NCBI GenBank assembly: GCA_001701225.1
Contig: DAAQ01000021.1
Location: forward strand, 73,950 to 137,949
DNA from: Bacteroidales bacterium H5
Lineage (GTDB): Bacteria > Bacteroidota > Bacteroidia > Bacteroidales > Muribaculaceae
Direction: 5' to 3'
DNA: 64,000 bases
A model generated the notes under the pieces. That model was not told where the DNA came from, ran no database searches, and saw only the letters and a list, made by a program, of their open reading frames with translations. Positions 52,697 through 62,622 of the stretch are shown piece by piece (the stretch's first letter is position 1; the number at the start of each line of letters is the position of its first letter). Made by a program: the position numbers and the translations under genes.

Positions 52697-54739
52697 GTGG
52701 CCCTGTTCAATATTGTCGCGCTCGCATCAACACTCGCGATAGCCGCCGACACCGTTCCTGCCGTCGAGACCTTGCAAGAGGTCACGGTGACAGGTCACGG
52801 TGCGCGCCGACGGCTCGATGCAGTGCAGATTGGAGCCGAACAGCTCGAGCTCTCCCGGCTCGCGCAGGTGCCGATGCTTTTTGGCGAGAACGACATCATC
52901 AAGTCCATATCCTTACTGCCTGGTGTGCATGGCGAGGGTGACGGAGCCGGAGGATTCGAGGTGCGTGGCGGCACGTCGGCGCAGAATCTCGTGCGCCTCG
53001 ACGGCATCTCGCTCTACAATCCCTCGCACGTCATGGGCATCTTCTCCACCTTTAACGATGCAGCCATCGGCTATGCCACCCTTTACAAAGGGCCCATGCC
53101 GGCCGAGTATGGAGGTGCCACGTCGTCGGTGCTTGATACATCGCTCGCTCCAGGCGACATGGAGCAGTTCCATCTCTCGGCCACGGTAGGCATCCTTGCG
53201 GCCAAGGTCATGGCCTCGGGCCCGGTGGTCAAGGACAGGCTGTCGTATGCAGTCACGGCGCGCAGGTCGTATGTCGATGCTTTCCTTCAGATGGTGCCGG
53301 AATACCGCAGTACAGTGATGAATTTCTATGACGTCACGACCAAGCTGCACTATGTCCCCCGGCGTGGCGACTGGATTGACCTCTCGTTCATGGCCGGGCG
53401 CGACAATATGGCAATAAAGAATGTGATGGGGATGTACTGGGGCAATATCGGTGGCTCGGTCAACTGGGTGACACGCCGTGGCCCGAATCTCACCTTCACC
53501 ACCACCGGGGCTGTGACAGATTATTCGCCCGACATGCGCATGAGCATGATGGGAACAGACCAGAGGCTGACGGAATACATACGAGATTTCTCCGTGTCGG
53601 AGTGTGTGCGTGTTGCGCTCGGCGATGTGCATTCCGTCGATTTTGGCGTGAGGTCACAACTGCTCCGTGTCAAGTCGGCCGAGATGGAGATAAACGGCAA
53701 CCGTGAGCTTGATATCCGTTCGGGGTGGGAGAATTCGGCATGGGTCGCATACGAGGGCTCGTTCGGCGATAAGGTCTCGGTCTCGTCGGGAATGAGGCTG
53801 AATATATTCTCGGTCATGTCTGGACGGCATTTCCACAGTTTCACGGCTCTGAGCGAAGCGGAGCCCGATTTCTCGGCGAGGAGTTATGTCAGTGCCGAGC
53901 CCCGGGTCAGCCTCAAATATAATCTCTCCGGGCTGCATAATGTCAAGGCCGGATTCGGAATCTCGACCCAGAATCTGCATGCAATCCGATCGAACACTAC
54001 CAGCTTTCCGTTTGACCGTTATGCCCTGACATCCGCCACGGTCAGGCCGGAGCGGGCGGTGCAATACGGGCTCGGATACACCGGGATGAGCCGTGACGGA
54101 GCTTTTGACTGGTCGGCGGAACTGTATTACAAGACCCTGCGCAACGTCTACGATTACCAGGACGGGCGCTCGATGTTCTCGCGTGTCAATCTCGAGAGCA
54201 TAATACTCGGCGGCCGAGGACGCAGCTATGGACTTGAGCTTATGGCGCGCAAGAATGTCGGACGCCTCACCGGCTGGATATCGTACACCCTCTCGCGTAC
54301 ACGGACACGTATCGCGGGGATAAACGGTGGCCGATGGTATGATGCCTCGAACGACCGACGTCATGATTTGTCTGTCACGGCTGCTTTCCGTCTCTCAGAC
54401 CGCTGGAACCTTTCGGGCTCGTGGGTATTCTCGTCTGGCACACCCCTAACAGCTCCCGATGTGAAGTATGAGCTCGACGGTACGACATGCTATTATTATT
54501 CGCGCCGCAACGGATACCAGACACCCCCGGTGCATCGTCTTGACCTCTCGGCGGTCTGGAGCCGGCATGGCCGACGGGCCACCACCCAATGGGCATTCGG
54601 CATATATAACGCATATTGCCGTTATAATCCCTTTGTTGTCTATTTCGAGGATGACCCGACCAAGCCCTCGGGGACGCGAGCCGTGCAGCAATCGCTGTTC
54701 GGCCTGGTGCCTTCGGTGTCATATACTGTTAAATTCTGA
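52697..54739 (+). CDS. TonB-dependent outer membrane receptor
   Basis: LQEVTVTG TonB box, plug LLPGV..VRGG..QNL..LDG, beta-barrel ending in PSVSYTVKF; GTG start. Confidence 0.88.
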   Translation: MALFNIVALASTLAIAADTVPAVETLQEVTVTGHGARRRLDAVQIGAEQLELSRLAQVPMLFGENDIIKSISLLPGVHGEGDGAGGFEVRGGTSAQNLVRLDGISLYNPSHVMGIFSTFNDAAIGYATLYKGPMPAEYGGATSSVLDTSLAPGDMEQFHLSATVGILAAKVMASGPVVKDRLSYAVTARRSYVDAFLQMVPEYRSTVMNFYDVTTKLHYVPRRGDWIDLSFMAGRDNMAIKNVMGMYWGNIGGSVNWVTRRGPNLTFTTTGAVTDYSPDMRMSMMGTDQRLTEYIRDFSVSECVRVALGDVHSVDFGVRSQLLRVKSAEMEINGNRELDIRSGWENSAWVAYEGSFGDKVSVSSGMRLNIFSVMSGRHFHSFTALSEAEPDFSARSYVSAEPRVSLKYNLSGLHNVKAGFGISTQNLHAIRSNTTSFPFDRYALTSATVRPERAVQYGLGYTGMSRDGAFDWSAELYYKTLRNVYDYQDGRSMFSRVNLESIILGGRGRSYGLELMARKNVGRLTGWISYTLSRTRTRIAGINGGRWYDASNDRRHDLSVTAAFRLSDRWNLSGSWVFSSGTPLTAPDVKYELDGTTCYYYSRRNGYQTPPVHRLDLSAVWSRHGRRATTQWAFGIYNAYCRYNPFVVYFEDDPTKPSGTRAVQQSLFGLVPSVSYTVKF

Positions 54740-55545
54740 TGGGTATGAAGATTCTGAGATATTCTGCCGTTGTCCTTGCGTTGTCACTTGTGTCGTGCGA
54801 GAAAGAGCTTGATTTCGAATACAGGGATATTGACCCGATACTTGTGATAGAGGCCTCGCTCACACAGTCCGGTGCGCGTGCGTCGCTCACCGAAACTACA
54901 TCGATGGACGAGCCGATGAATCGTGAGAGGCTTACGGATGCCACGGTAATCCTCACCGACCTCACCTCCGGGATTTCGGCAGAGCTTCTTCCGGGCGAGA
55001 GGGGCGAATATGAAAATACCGTTTCAGGTGAGCCGGGACATCTGTACCGTCTTGACGTGACACGGGGTGACATCTCATACACCTCGCAGTGCCTGATGTC
55101 GGAACCTGTGGAGATGGTCGGGGTGGAATTCGGATGGATAAAGATGCCATACGACCATGTAGCGGTACTCAAGGTATCGTTCGCCGACCCGCAGACCACT
55201 GCCGGAGACTGCTATTGGGTGCGTGTCTACCGTAACGGCGAAGCCTATATGTGGACAGAGGTCACGGACAATCTTGCATCAGGAGGGGTGATAGAGGAGG
55301 TGATGATGACCTCACGCATGGATACCTCCGAAGAGGAGGATGACACCGTGCTCCGCGACGGCGATGTGGTCACGGCCACGGTCACCCCAATAAGCCGGGA
55401 GATGTATGACTATCTCACAGCCCTGTCGGCCGACAGCAACGGCCCCTCCATGTTCTCGGGCGGTTTCTGCCTGGGCTACTTTCTCGCGGCACCTGTCGCG
55501 ACAGGCTCGGTTACATTCTGTCCTGACAATATACCTTATTATTGA
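54739..55545 (+). CDS. DUF4249 family lipoprotein
   Basis: Lipobox LVSC, LVIEA, ISREMYDY..GGFCLGYF; coupled to the TonB receptor gene. Confidence 0.8.
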   Translation: MGMKILRYSAVVLALSLVSCEKELDFEYRDIDPILVIEASLTQSGARASLTETTSMDEPMNRERLTDATVILTDLTSGISAELLPGERGEYENTVSGEPGHLYRLDVTRGDISYTSQCLMSEPVEMVGVEFGWIKMPYDHVAVLKVSFADPQTTAGDCYWVRVYRNGEAYMWTEVTDNLASGGVIEEVMMTSRMDTSEEEDDTVLRDGDVVTATVTPISREMYDYLTALSADSNGPSMFSGGFCLGYFLAAPVATGSVTFCPDNIPYY

Positions 55546-55907
55546 CCGACTGTGAGTATCTGCGGATACTCAGTCTTGGCCTTCCTGGTCATCTTCCTGA
55601 CCACCTCGCTGTAGCTGTGGCGTATGAGTGAGGTGATAAGTTCGTCGCGCAGATTGCCACGCAGGCTGAGCTGGTTCCAATAACGTTTGTTCCAGTGCCA
55701 TGCAGGTTCAATCTCTGGATGGAGGTCACGAAGCTCGATGGCATAACCGGGGTCGCATTTCAGTGCGAAATAATCGGGCCGTCTCAGGCCTATGCATGCG
55801 AATATCTTGCCGAGGACGCTGAACAGCAGATAATCCTCGCCAAACCTCATGTCTTCCTGTGCCATAGGCAGCGACAGGCAGTACTCCCTTATTTCCTCGA
55901 TATTCAT
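55539..55907 (-). CDS. MmcQ/YjbR family DNA-binding protein
   Basis: MNIEEIREYCLSLP, GKIFA, LKCDP, PAWHWNKRYWN. Confidence 0.9.
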   Translation of the reverse strand: MNIEEIREYCLSLPMAQEDMRFGEDYLLFSVLGKIFACIGLRRPDYFALKCDPGYAIELRDLHPEIEPAWHWNKRYWNQLSLRGNLRDELITSLIRHSYSEVVRKMTRKAKTEYPQILTVGQ

Positions 55908-56044
55908 ATGATCGTTGCTGACGTGATTGCGACGGGCGTAGCCCGTGATACTGAGTACAAATTTAACCCATTTATTTCAGACTGTCTTAATCACTCCGGA
56001 TTATTTTTATTAATTTTGTGACCGAATAAACCGATATCACATAT

Positions 56045-57220
56045 ATGGCAACAGATGTAATCCCTCTGTCATCAAAACCGAGGTTCGAGATTCTTGACGG
56101 TCTGCGTGGCGTGGCCGCCATGATAGTGGTGGCATTCCATCTCTTCGAGACATATTCGGCCGGGCCCTCCGACCAGATACTCAATCACGGGTATCTTGCC
56201 GTAGATTTCTTTTTTGTGCTGTCCGGCTTCGTGATAGGCTATGCCTATGATGACCGCTGGGAACGTATGACGACATGGGATTTCTTCAAACGGCGCCTTA
56301 TACGTCTGCAGCCTATGGTTGTCCTCGGGACACTTATCGGGGGATTCTGGTTCTATTTCAGCGCGGCGCCCGGTTTTGAGCTGGTGATGCAGACCCCGTG
56401 GTGGAAATTGCTGCTCATAATGGTGCTGGGGTGCATAATGTTCCCGACGCCTCCGTCGATGGATATACGCGGATGGAAGGAGATAAACTCATTGAACGGG
56501 GCACAGTGGTCGCTGCTGTGGGAGTATGTCGCCAACATACTCTATGCTGTGTTTGTGCGCAGGTTCAGCACGGCAATGTTGGGCATATTCGTTTTGCTGT
56601 CGGCATTCTTCACGGTCGACCTTGCCTTTAACCTTGACGTGACAGGGCTGCTTGCAGTACGGGAGTATGCCAGATATACGGTCATAGGAGGTTTCGGCCT
56701 TACCCCCGACCAGATGTATATCGGTGTCTGCCGTCTGTTATATCCATTCTTCGGCGGTCTGCTCCTGTACCGGCTTGGCAAATGCCGCATCAACCTGCGT
56801 CATGGCGGTATGTTGTGGTGCTCGGTTGCCGTTGCCGCTACATTGGTGGTGCCCCATATCGGAGGTGTGGAACACCAATGGCTCAACGGACTCTATTGCG
56901 CAGTGGTGATACTGATTGTCTATCCTGTCATTGTCGCGGCAGGGGCCGGAAGTACCTTGGCCGGAAGGAAGACTACAGCCGTGTGCAAGTTTCTCGGCAT
57001 GATTTCCTACCCGCTGTATATCACCCACTATCCCATGATATATGTGCAGATGAACTGGGCTGCCCAGCATGCCGACGCCCCGCTCGGTACCCATATCTGG
57101 GTCGCCGTAAGCATCTTCATCGCCTCCATATCCGTCGCGTATGCCAGTGCCAAAGTCTATGACCTCCCGATTCGCGCGTGGCTGTCGAAGAGATTTCTCC
57201 ATAACGGCCATCGGACATGA
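56045..57220 (+). CDS. Acyltransferase-3 (OafA-like) membrane acyltransferase
   Basis: LDGLRGVAA..H, AVDFFFVLSGF, RRLIRL, WSLLWEY, LGMISYPLYITH; TAATTTTG at 56011-56018. Confidence 0.9.
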   Translation: MATDVIPLSSKPRFEILDGLRGVAAMIVVAFHLFETYSAGPSDQILNHGYLAVDFFFVLSGFVIGYAYDDRWERMTTWDFFKRRLIRLQPMVVLGTLIGGFWFYFSAAPGFELVMQTPWWKLLLIMVLGCIMFPTPPSMDIRGWKEINSLNGAQWSLLWEYVANILYAVFVRRFSTAMLGIFVLLSAFFTVDLAFNLDVTGLLAVREYARYTVIGGFGLTPDQMYIGVCRLLYPFFGGLLLYRLGKCRINLRHGGMLWCSVAVAATLVVPHIGGVEHQWLNGLYCAVVILIVYPVIVAAGAGSTLAGRKTTAVCKFLGMISYPLYITHYPMIYVQMNWAAQHADAPLGTHIWVAVSIFIASISVAYASAKVYDLPIRAWLSKRFLHNGHRT

Positions 57221-57243
57221 ATGTCACCATCCAGGCCGTCGGG

Positions 57244-60200
57244 TCATATCCCGTTCCTTGACACGAGTTTCCTGAGTGTCTCAATCGCACTCGGCACTAT
57301 GCGTCCGTCCTCGTATATGACTCCGCCAATCTCGCGTATCTCGTCCATCCCCGATGAGGAGATATGAAGCATATTGACGGTTATGAGCTCGCAACCCAGA
57401 CGCTTGCGCTTGGCTTCCCTTTTGTCTGAAGTTAGCATCCTTCCCGCCTTGTCGCTATTGTTGACTCTGGGGTTCATGTTCTTCACATCGAATGCGATGC
57501 GATAGCTGCCGTCGTCGTTGGTGACTATGAAATCGGCCAGCTCATAGTCTAACCCTTCGAGATGCCTGAAATTGTCTTCCGTACAATCCGTATAGTGCAG
57601 CATGATTGCCTTGAAAGCCTCCTCGCCGATCTCTCCGGCATAATCCGTGGCGAGTATGGGGGGATGCAGTATGAGCCCTTCGTTTTTCCATGTGGTGGCA
57701 AAACCGTTTCTCTCGAAATGTGATCTGATGACAGGATTTCTCATCAGCACATCAAGTCTTACGTATGATGGTGTTATGGGGTCGGGGTGGGGTGTGCCCT
57801 TTCCGCGCGGACAGGCTCTTCCCCTTGCGTCAAAATAATATTTTTTGTTCCGTTCCCAGTCACCGTAGCATTTCGGAAGGAATGTCAGGAGCCTGTCCTT
57901 CTCGTCCAGTTCCTCGATGCCTGTTATTACAGGTTTCCTTATGATGGTCTGTCTGTAGGTCCGATGGATAATCTGGCTGACCTTTACCTGATGTGTGAGC
58001 TCGCCTGCGTTCTCAAACCCACTGTCATTCTTTTCATCATCGTGCAGATGTGGAGTATTGCGGAGGGCAAGGTTTTTGATACGCCTGAGCCTGTCATGTG
58101 CATAGTTGGCATCATTGCAGCGCTTCACCTCTGCCGGATCTGTGTCATCTGTCACCTCTTCCTGATTCGACATGATATGCCGTGCCAATGCCCGGAACTC
58201 TTTGGTCAGGGATTTATCCATGTTCGAGGCAAGGAAGAATGGTTTCATGGAGTCGTCAAACAGTATATAAGTGGTGCGCGGTTTGTTCCTTGTCCTGCAC
58301 AGGCGGCCTATGGCCTGTTCTATGGTGGTCTGTGCCCAGGCGGCTTTGTCTATGGCTATGCCCGGGTTGCGCTTTTCTCCGAACATGAGGTTATTCGACA
58401 GGGCGAAGCATAGCCACTGGGCGACATCTTCCTTAGACAGGCAACCACGTTCATAGAGCATCATCAGTGTGAGCATGGCGTTGTAGAGCCCTTTCTCGAA
58501 TGTCATTTCGTTCCCGTCGTCGTTCATCATCAGGTAGCCCGTCGGCGACTGCAGATAGATGGCGTCCCAGTCTTTCTTCAGTTTTACACCCTCTGTCTCC
58601 CAATTGTCGCCACTGATATAGTCAAGCCCCTCAGGAATTTCGTACTGCATGTTTGCACCGGCCTTGAAACTGCCGTAGGCCGAGACGAGCATCAGCTTCG
58701 TATCCTTGTCGTTGCTCAGTTCGGCAAGGATATTGGATTCAACCTCTTCCCAGTCTCTCGAGATACGTATATGGCGATTCTCCCAATCTGACGGCAGTTC
58801 ATCTTCAAGTGGGGTCTCCATCTCAGTGTATGTCCCGTCTATCAGGCTGCTCAGTACGTTGATCTGGGATTTGTCTTTGTCTCCGGTGCGGTTCTGGAAA
58901 AAGATCATGCTGTGGATGTCGTCGTGCATGATGAACCAGTGATACGCCTCGATAAACTGGAAAAGCCTGTAAAGCTGGAAAGTCATATCCCGGCCATTCC
59001 CTTTCTGTGTCCTTTTCAGCTCTCTGCAGGTGATTCTGAACCATACGTCAGGTAGCCCTTCCTCCAGCGCGGCAGCCGAGAACATCTGCCTGTATCTGTC
59101 GGGAAGCGTCAGTTTGTCCTCATGTGTATTGGCATAATCATATTTTATGATTGGGATGACCTGAATATCGTGAGACGTGGGATAAGTCATATCGGAAAGA
59201 GTGTCGAATTTCTCGCGTATCTCTTCAGGCAAAGCTTCCACTTTGCTCCCGAGTATCTGTCTGAGATATGCTATGTCAAAATTATTCACGACGGATCGGC
59301 TCGAGGCTGTGGCGGAACAGAGAACGACCGATGTCCCATCTGATTGCAGAAGGTCGATCAGTATCTTTTCAGGAGTCGTCGCAATCTCTCTGCACGACAG
59401 CCTCACCCTGTGCTGGTTGTCGCGCTCGTCAATCTCTTCCTGATATAGCTGGACACCTTGCGAATAGACAGTTTCATCTGGCAGTTTGATTTTGTCTGCG
59501 GCTGAGGATGGGAGGTTTTTCCTGTTTGTCATGAATTCGTTCAACTGCTGCTCGAACTGATATTCGGATGTTGTCTCGAAACGTGAGAATAGTGTATGTA
59601 TCTCACGCTCAAGTGTCGGATAACCGAGATAGAGACCGTAGGTTGAGGTATTGGTTGAGATACTCTTGGCTTCGGCATCGAATTTCTCGCGGCTCTGCCT
59701 GAGCGATTCAGAGATGACGTCCCTGAACTGTACCTTTATAGCTGTAATATTTCCGATGATCAGCGATAGGAAACGTTCTAACGGTATCACCGCGGAATAT
59801 TCGGAGCCCAGTGTCTTTTCGTCTATGGCGTGGACGAGGCAGAAATGTCGGTCTCCCTTCTTGTAGCAGACATACGAGCGCAGGTTGTCACCTATCGGAG
59901 AGATATTCAGTTTCAATGCCGGGCCCGAAAAGAAGACCCCTCGCCTGTATGTCTCGATTTGTTCTCGGTTGCCAAGGAAAATATTCTTGTAAGGCAGAAT
60001 CTTTCCCACCGTTTTCTCCCAGTTGGCCTGTGTTATTTTCTTGGCCCGGTCGATACATTCTTCCAGCAGAGTCCCGTAATATCTGTTTGCGATATGTTCG
60101 GGAGTGTCTATCAAGTTCTTATACTGTAGATAGCCGTTGTATCCCTTTGCAAATCTCTTGCTTCCTCCGGCGTTCTCGATCGACTGGTCGATGATGGCCG

Positions 60201-61038
60201 AACGCATTGCGACAGCCGCCTGGTCGGACTCGTCAAATATTATAAGTGTCTTCCTGTTTCGTGCCGTAAAATCCTGTAGCTGAATTTTTTCCGACAGGAT
60301 AGGGTCTATGCCATACATGGCTTTGTGAACAGTCATCAGGAGGACTTTTTTACGTCGGTAGTCCACCTGAGGATAGACCTTGACGAGATACGGGAACTGC
60401 CTGAGTATGGTCACGAGGGATACCTTCTTCTGTGTCGTTCTCTCGAGATGCCGTTTGTAGTTGTCGAAATAGAGACGCACAGACCTGCGCAGATTGGACT
60501 CGCTCTCGTTTATCTGACTGATGATATATTCATTCCGGCCATTATCATCGAGGCTCTTAATCAGTCCCTCCAAGCCGCCATATATCCTTTTCACGGCATT
60601 ATAGCTATATTGTATGTCGCTGACTTTGTGGCCGAGTTTTTTCTGCTCGTCCATCCGGCTGTACATCTCGTCAAGAAATTTCTTGAAACAGCCGTTCTTT
60701 ATGGCTTTGGTTATGACCTCGGGATTGTTCTCTATCACCATCTTGTCAGCCTGAGATATGAGGCTGCTGTCAGTGTTGATGAAACGGTCGATTTCCCGGT
60801 TTATATTATCTACCAGCTTGTTCTGTATGCAAAGTATGACTATGCGGTCGAAATGCGCGGGATAATACCCGCATGTCAGCTTGCCGATGGTATATGATTT
60901 GCCGCCACCCGTTGCGATATCGCAGATATGAAGCCCCTCCGAAACATAGCTTTTGAAAATGTCCTCGACATGCCTGCTCAACTGCTCTTTAAAACTCTTG
61001 TCGGTGGGTAGGTTATTCATATGTGGTGCTGCTGTCAT
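57244..61038 (-). CDS. Large SF2 helicase with C-terminal PD-(D/E)xK-like nuclease domain (putative defence protein)
   Basis: Walker A ATGGGKS, Walker B IIFDESD, motif III CSATAS, motif VI EQAIGRLCR; C-terminal GEIGE..ELADF..AFDVKN; minus-strand TAATTTTG at 61061-61068. Confidence 0.75.
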   Translation of the reverse strand: MTAAPHMNNLPTDKSFKEQLSRHVEDIFKSYVSEGLHICDIATGGGKSYTIGKLTCGYYPAHFDRIVILCIQNKLVDNINREIDRFINTDSSLISQADKMVIENNPEVITKAIKNGCFKKFLDEMYSRMDEQKKLGHKVSDIQYSYNAVKRIYGGLEGLIKSLDDNGRNEYIISQINESESNLRRSVRLYFDNYKRHLERTTQKKVSLVTILRQFPYLVKVYPQVDYRRKKVLLMTVHKAMYGIDPILSEKIQLQDFTARNRKTLIIFDESDQAAVAMRSAIIDQSIENAGGSKRFAKGYNGYLQYKNLIDTPEHIANRYYGTLLEECIDRAKKITQANWEKTVGKILPYKNIFLGNREQIETYRRGVFFSGPALKLNISPIGDNLRSYVCYKKGDRHFCLVHAIDEKTLGSEYSAVIPLERFLSLIIGNITAIKVQFRDVISESLRQSREKFDAEAKSISTNTSTYGLYLGYPTLEREIHTLFSRFETTSEYQFEQQLNEFMTNRKNLPSSAADKIKLPDETVYSQGVQLYQEEIDERDNQHRVRLSCREIATTPEKILIDLLQSDGTSVVLCSATASSRSVVNNFDIAYLRQILGSKVEALPEEIREKFDTLSDMTYPTSHDIQVIPIIKYDYANTHEDKLTLPDRYRQMFSAAALEEGLPDVWFRITCRELKRTQKGNGRDMTFQLYRLFQFIEAYHWFIMHDDIHSMIFFQNRTGDKDKSQINVLSSLIDGTYTEMETPLEDELPSDWENRHIRISRDWEEVESNILAELSNDKDTKLMLVSAYGSFKAGANMQYEIPEGLDYISGDNWETEGVKLKKDWDAIYLQSPTGYLMMNDDGNEMTFEKGLYNAMLTLMMLYERGCLSKEDVAQWLCFALSNNLMFGEKRNPGIAIDKAAWAQTTIEQAIGRLCRTRNKPRTTYILFDDSMKPFFLASNMDKSLTKEFRALARHIMSNQEEVTDDTDPAEVKRCNDANYAHDRLRRIKNLALRNTPHLHDDEKNDSGFENAGELTHQVKVSQIIHRTYRQTIIRKPVITGIEELDEKDRLLTFLPKCYGDWERNKKYYFDARGRACPRGKGTPHPDPITPSYVRLDVLMRNPVIRSHFERNGFATTWKNEGLILHPPILATDYAGEIGEEAFKAIMLHYTDCTEDNFRHLEGLDYELADFIVTNDDGSYRIAFDVKNMNPRVNNSDKAGRMLTSDKREAKRKRLGCELITVNMLHISSSGMDEIREIGGVIYEDGRIVPSAIETLRKLVSRNGI

Positions 61039-61171
61039 TTAGAATGAGGGGTTATAATGGCAAAATTAATGAAAATACTGCTAAAGACAAAAATAGAAAC
61101 ACTATTTTTCTTAACTATAAACATGGATTGAATTTTTTTATTCCAAAATACCAACGAATCGGATTTTTTCG

Positions 61172-61179
61172 TATCTTTG
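61172..61179 (+). promoter_or_regulatory. -7 promoter element of the upxY operon
   Basis: TATCTTTG; back-to-back with the helicase-nuclease promoter. Confidence 0.6.
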
Positions 61180-61222
61180 CGCGTGGGGAAAATCTATTAC
61201 GGGTTTCCCTCTGCGACCGACC

Positions 61223-61813
61223 ATGGTCACACTGAACGCAATGGATGCGCATGAAGACCACACACACCTCGTTTCGACAGCCAGTGTGACTGTCGACCGC
61301 GAAGCGCGACCGAAATTCTGGCTTGCAGCCTATACCCGCCCGAAAAGCGAGAAGAAAGCGGCCTCTGAGTTGGCTAAATCAGGCTTAGAGACTTATGTCC
61401 CTGTCCAGACAATGATGAAGCAGTGGAGCGACCGTAAGAAGAAGGTCGATGTAGTCGTTATTCCGATGGTAATCTTCATAAGATGTACTGTTGAGGATGT
61501 CTCGGCGATAACAAGACATCCGCTAGTCCTTAAGTTAATCTCAATGCCGGGACGCAAGACTCCGGCCCGTATTCCGGATAATCAGATTGCAAAGCTGAAA
61601 TTCATCCTGAATGAATCTGATGTGCCGGTGTCCTTTGAACCGATAGCCTTCAAGGAGCTTGATAAAGTCAAGGTGATAAGGGGACGACTTGCCGGACTGG
61701 AAGGTGAGGTGTTAAGGGTTGACGACAAGACACGACTGGTTATCTCGCTGGATTTTCTCGGTGGTGCGACACTGAGCATTGATATGCTTGATTTGGAATT
61801 GTCAAAAGCATGA
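61223..61813 (+). CDS. upxY: UpxY family transcription antiterminator (NusG paralog)
   Basis: NGN WLAAYTRPKSEKK..YVPVQ..QWSDRKK..VIPMVIF, PARIPDNQI, KOW VKVIRGRLAGLEG; start could instead be ATG 61241. Confidence 0.88.
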   Translation: MVTLNAMDAHEDHTHLVSTASVTVDREARPKFWLAAYTRPKSEKKAASELAKSGLETYVPVQTMMKQWSDRKKKVDVVVIPMVIFIRCTVEDVSAITRHPLVLKLISMPGRKTPARIPDNQIAKLKFILNESDVPVSFEPIAFKELDKVKVIRGRLAGLEGEVLRVDDKTRLVISLDFLGGATLSIDMLDLELSKA

Positions 61814-61867
61814 AAGAGGTGTCATTCTCATCTTTACTGAAACTTGAATCTAATAACCATAATCAAA

Positions 61868-62101
61868 ATGAATTTTTTTGCAGAATTACTTGCTAAAGCA
61901 GTTGCTAAGTCAACTTACGTCTTTTTCGACGCCGACGAATGGGTCAAGGATAAGACCGGAAAAGGTATCGTAGACCGAATGACGGAGTTTCGAGAAAAAG
62001 ATGAGGCTCTCAAGGAAAATAATCCGGCTCTCTGGGCGGCAAAAAAATTAGCCAAAGGTACCGTGAAAGGACTCATCGGCACCTCGTTGCATGATGATTA
62101 A
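61868..62101 (+). CDS. Small hypothetical protein
   Basis: ATG after an A-rich leader; 77-aa helical-looking ORF co-oriented in the upxY operon. Confidence 0.6.
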   Translation: MNFFAELLAKAVAKSTYVFFDADEWVKDKTGKGIVDRMTEFREKDEALKENNPALWAAKKLAKGTVKGLIGTSLHDD

Positions 62102-62143
62102 GTTTTTCATGCAAATATGTGGAACTTTAAACGTTAGAATAAG

Positions 62144-62611
62144 ATGATAAGAAGAGACTTTATGAGAAGAATCCTTGTTGCCCTAATGCTTTTATGCGCG
62201 ACTTTGGCGTCAAACGCACAGTTCTATGGCGGATTTGGATGTGGAGATCCTGATGCCTGGTTTGACAAAGAGATATATTTCTATTGCCAGAACAATGCCA
62301 ATAATGGTTACTATGGACTTAATCTGCCAAATGTCTCATTGGTAATAGACGGAGAGACACAGGTCGATGTAAATGGCGTATGGATATATGGGGATATGAT
62401 ATTACTTGGTGCCGATAACGGCTTCAAGTTTTCCAAAGGCTCCAGCGTGGCTCTATATGTCAATGGGACGTATCAGGCTTCATGGACCTGCCCGACGAGC
62501 AATCCTACGGCGATTGACGTCGCTAAGCGTCTGTGGGACAATAAACCACGAGGCCGGTCTAATATCGGCGGGAAGAACCTGCTGAAGATTCTACGAAGGT
62601 TTAAACGGTAA
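62144..62611 (+). CDS. Hypothetical secreted protein
   Basis: Signal peptide MRRILVALMLLCATLASNA (start may be ATG 62162); beta-rich body and basic C-terminal helix. Confidence 0.65.
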   Translation: MIRRDFMRRILVALMLLCATLASNAQFYGGFGCGDPDAWFDKEIYFYCQNNANNGYYGLNLPNVSLVIDGETQVDVNGVWIYGDMILLGADNGFKFSKGSSVALYVNGTYQASWTCPTSNPTAIDVAKRLWDNKPRGRSNIGGKNLLKILRRFKR

Positions 62612-62622
62612 ATTTTCAAGAT

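Noticed and set aside
57244..61038. Type I/III restriction subunit or Cas3
   Set aside because: No methyltransferase, specificity or cas genes adjacent, and no N-terminal HD domain seen.
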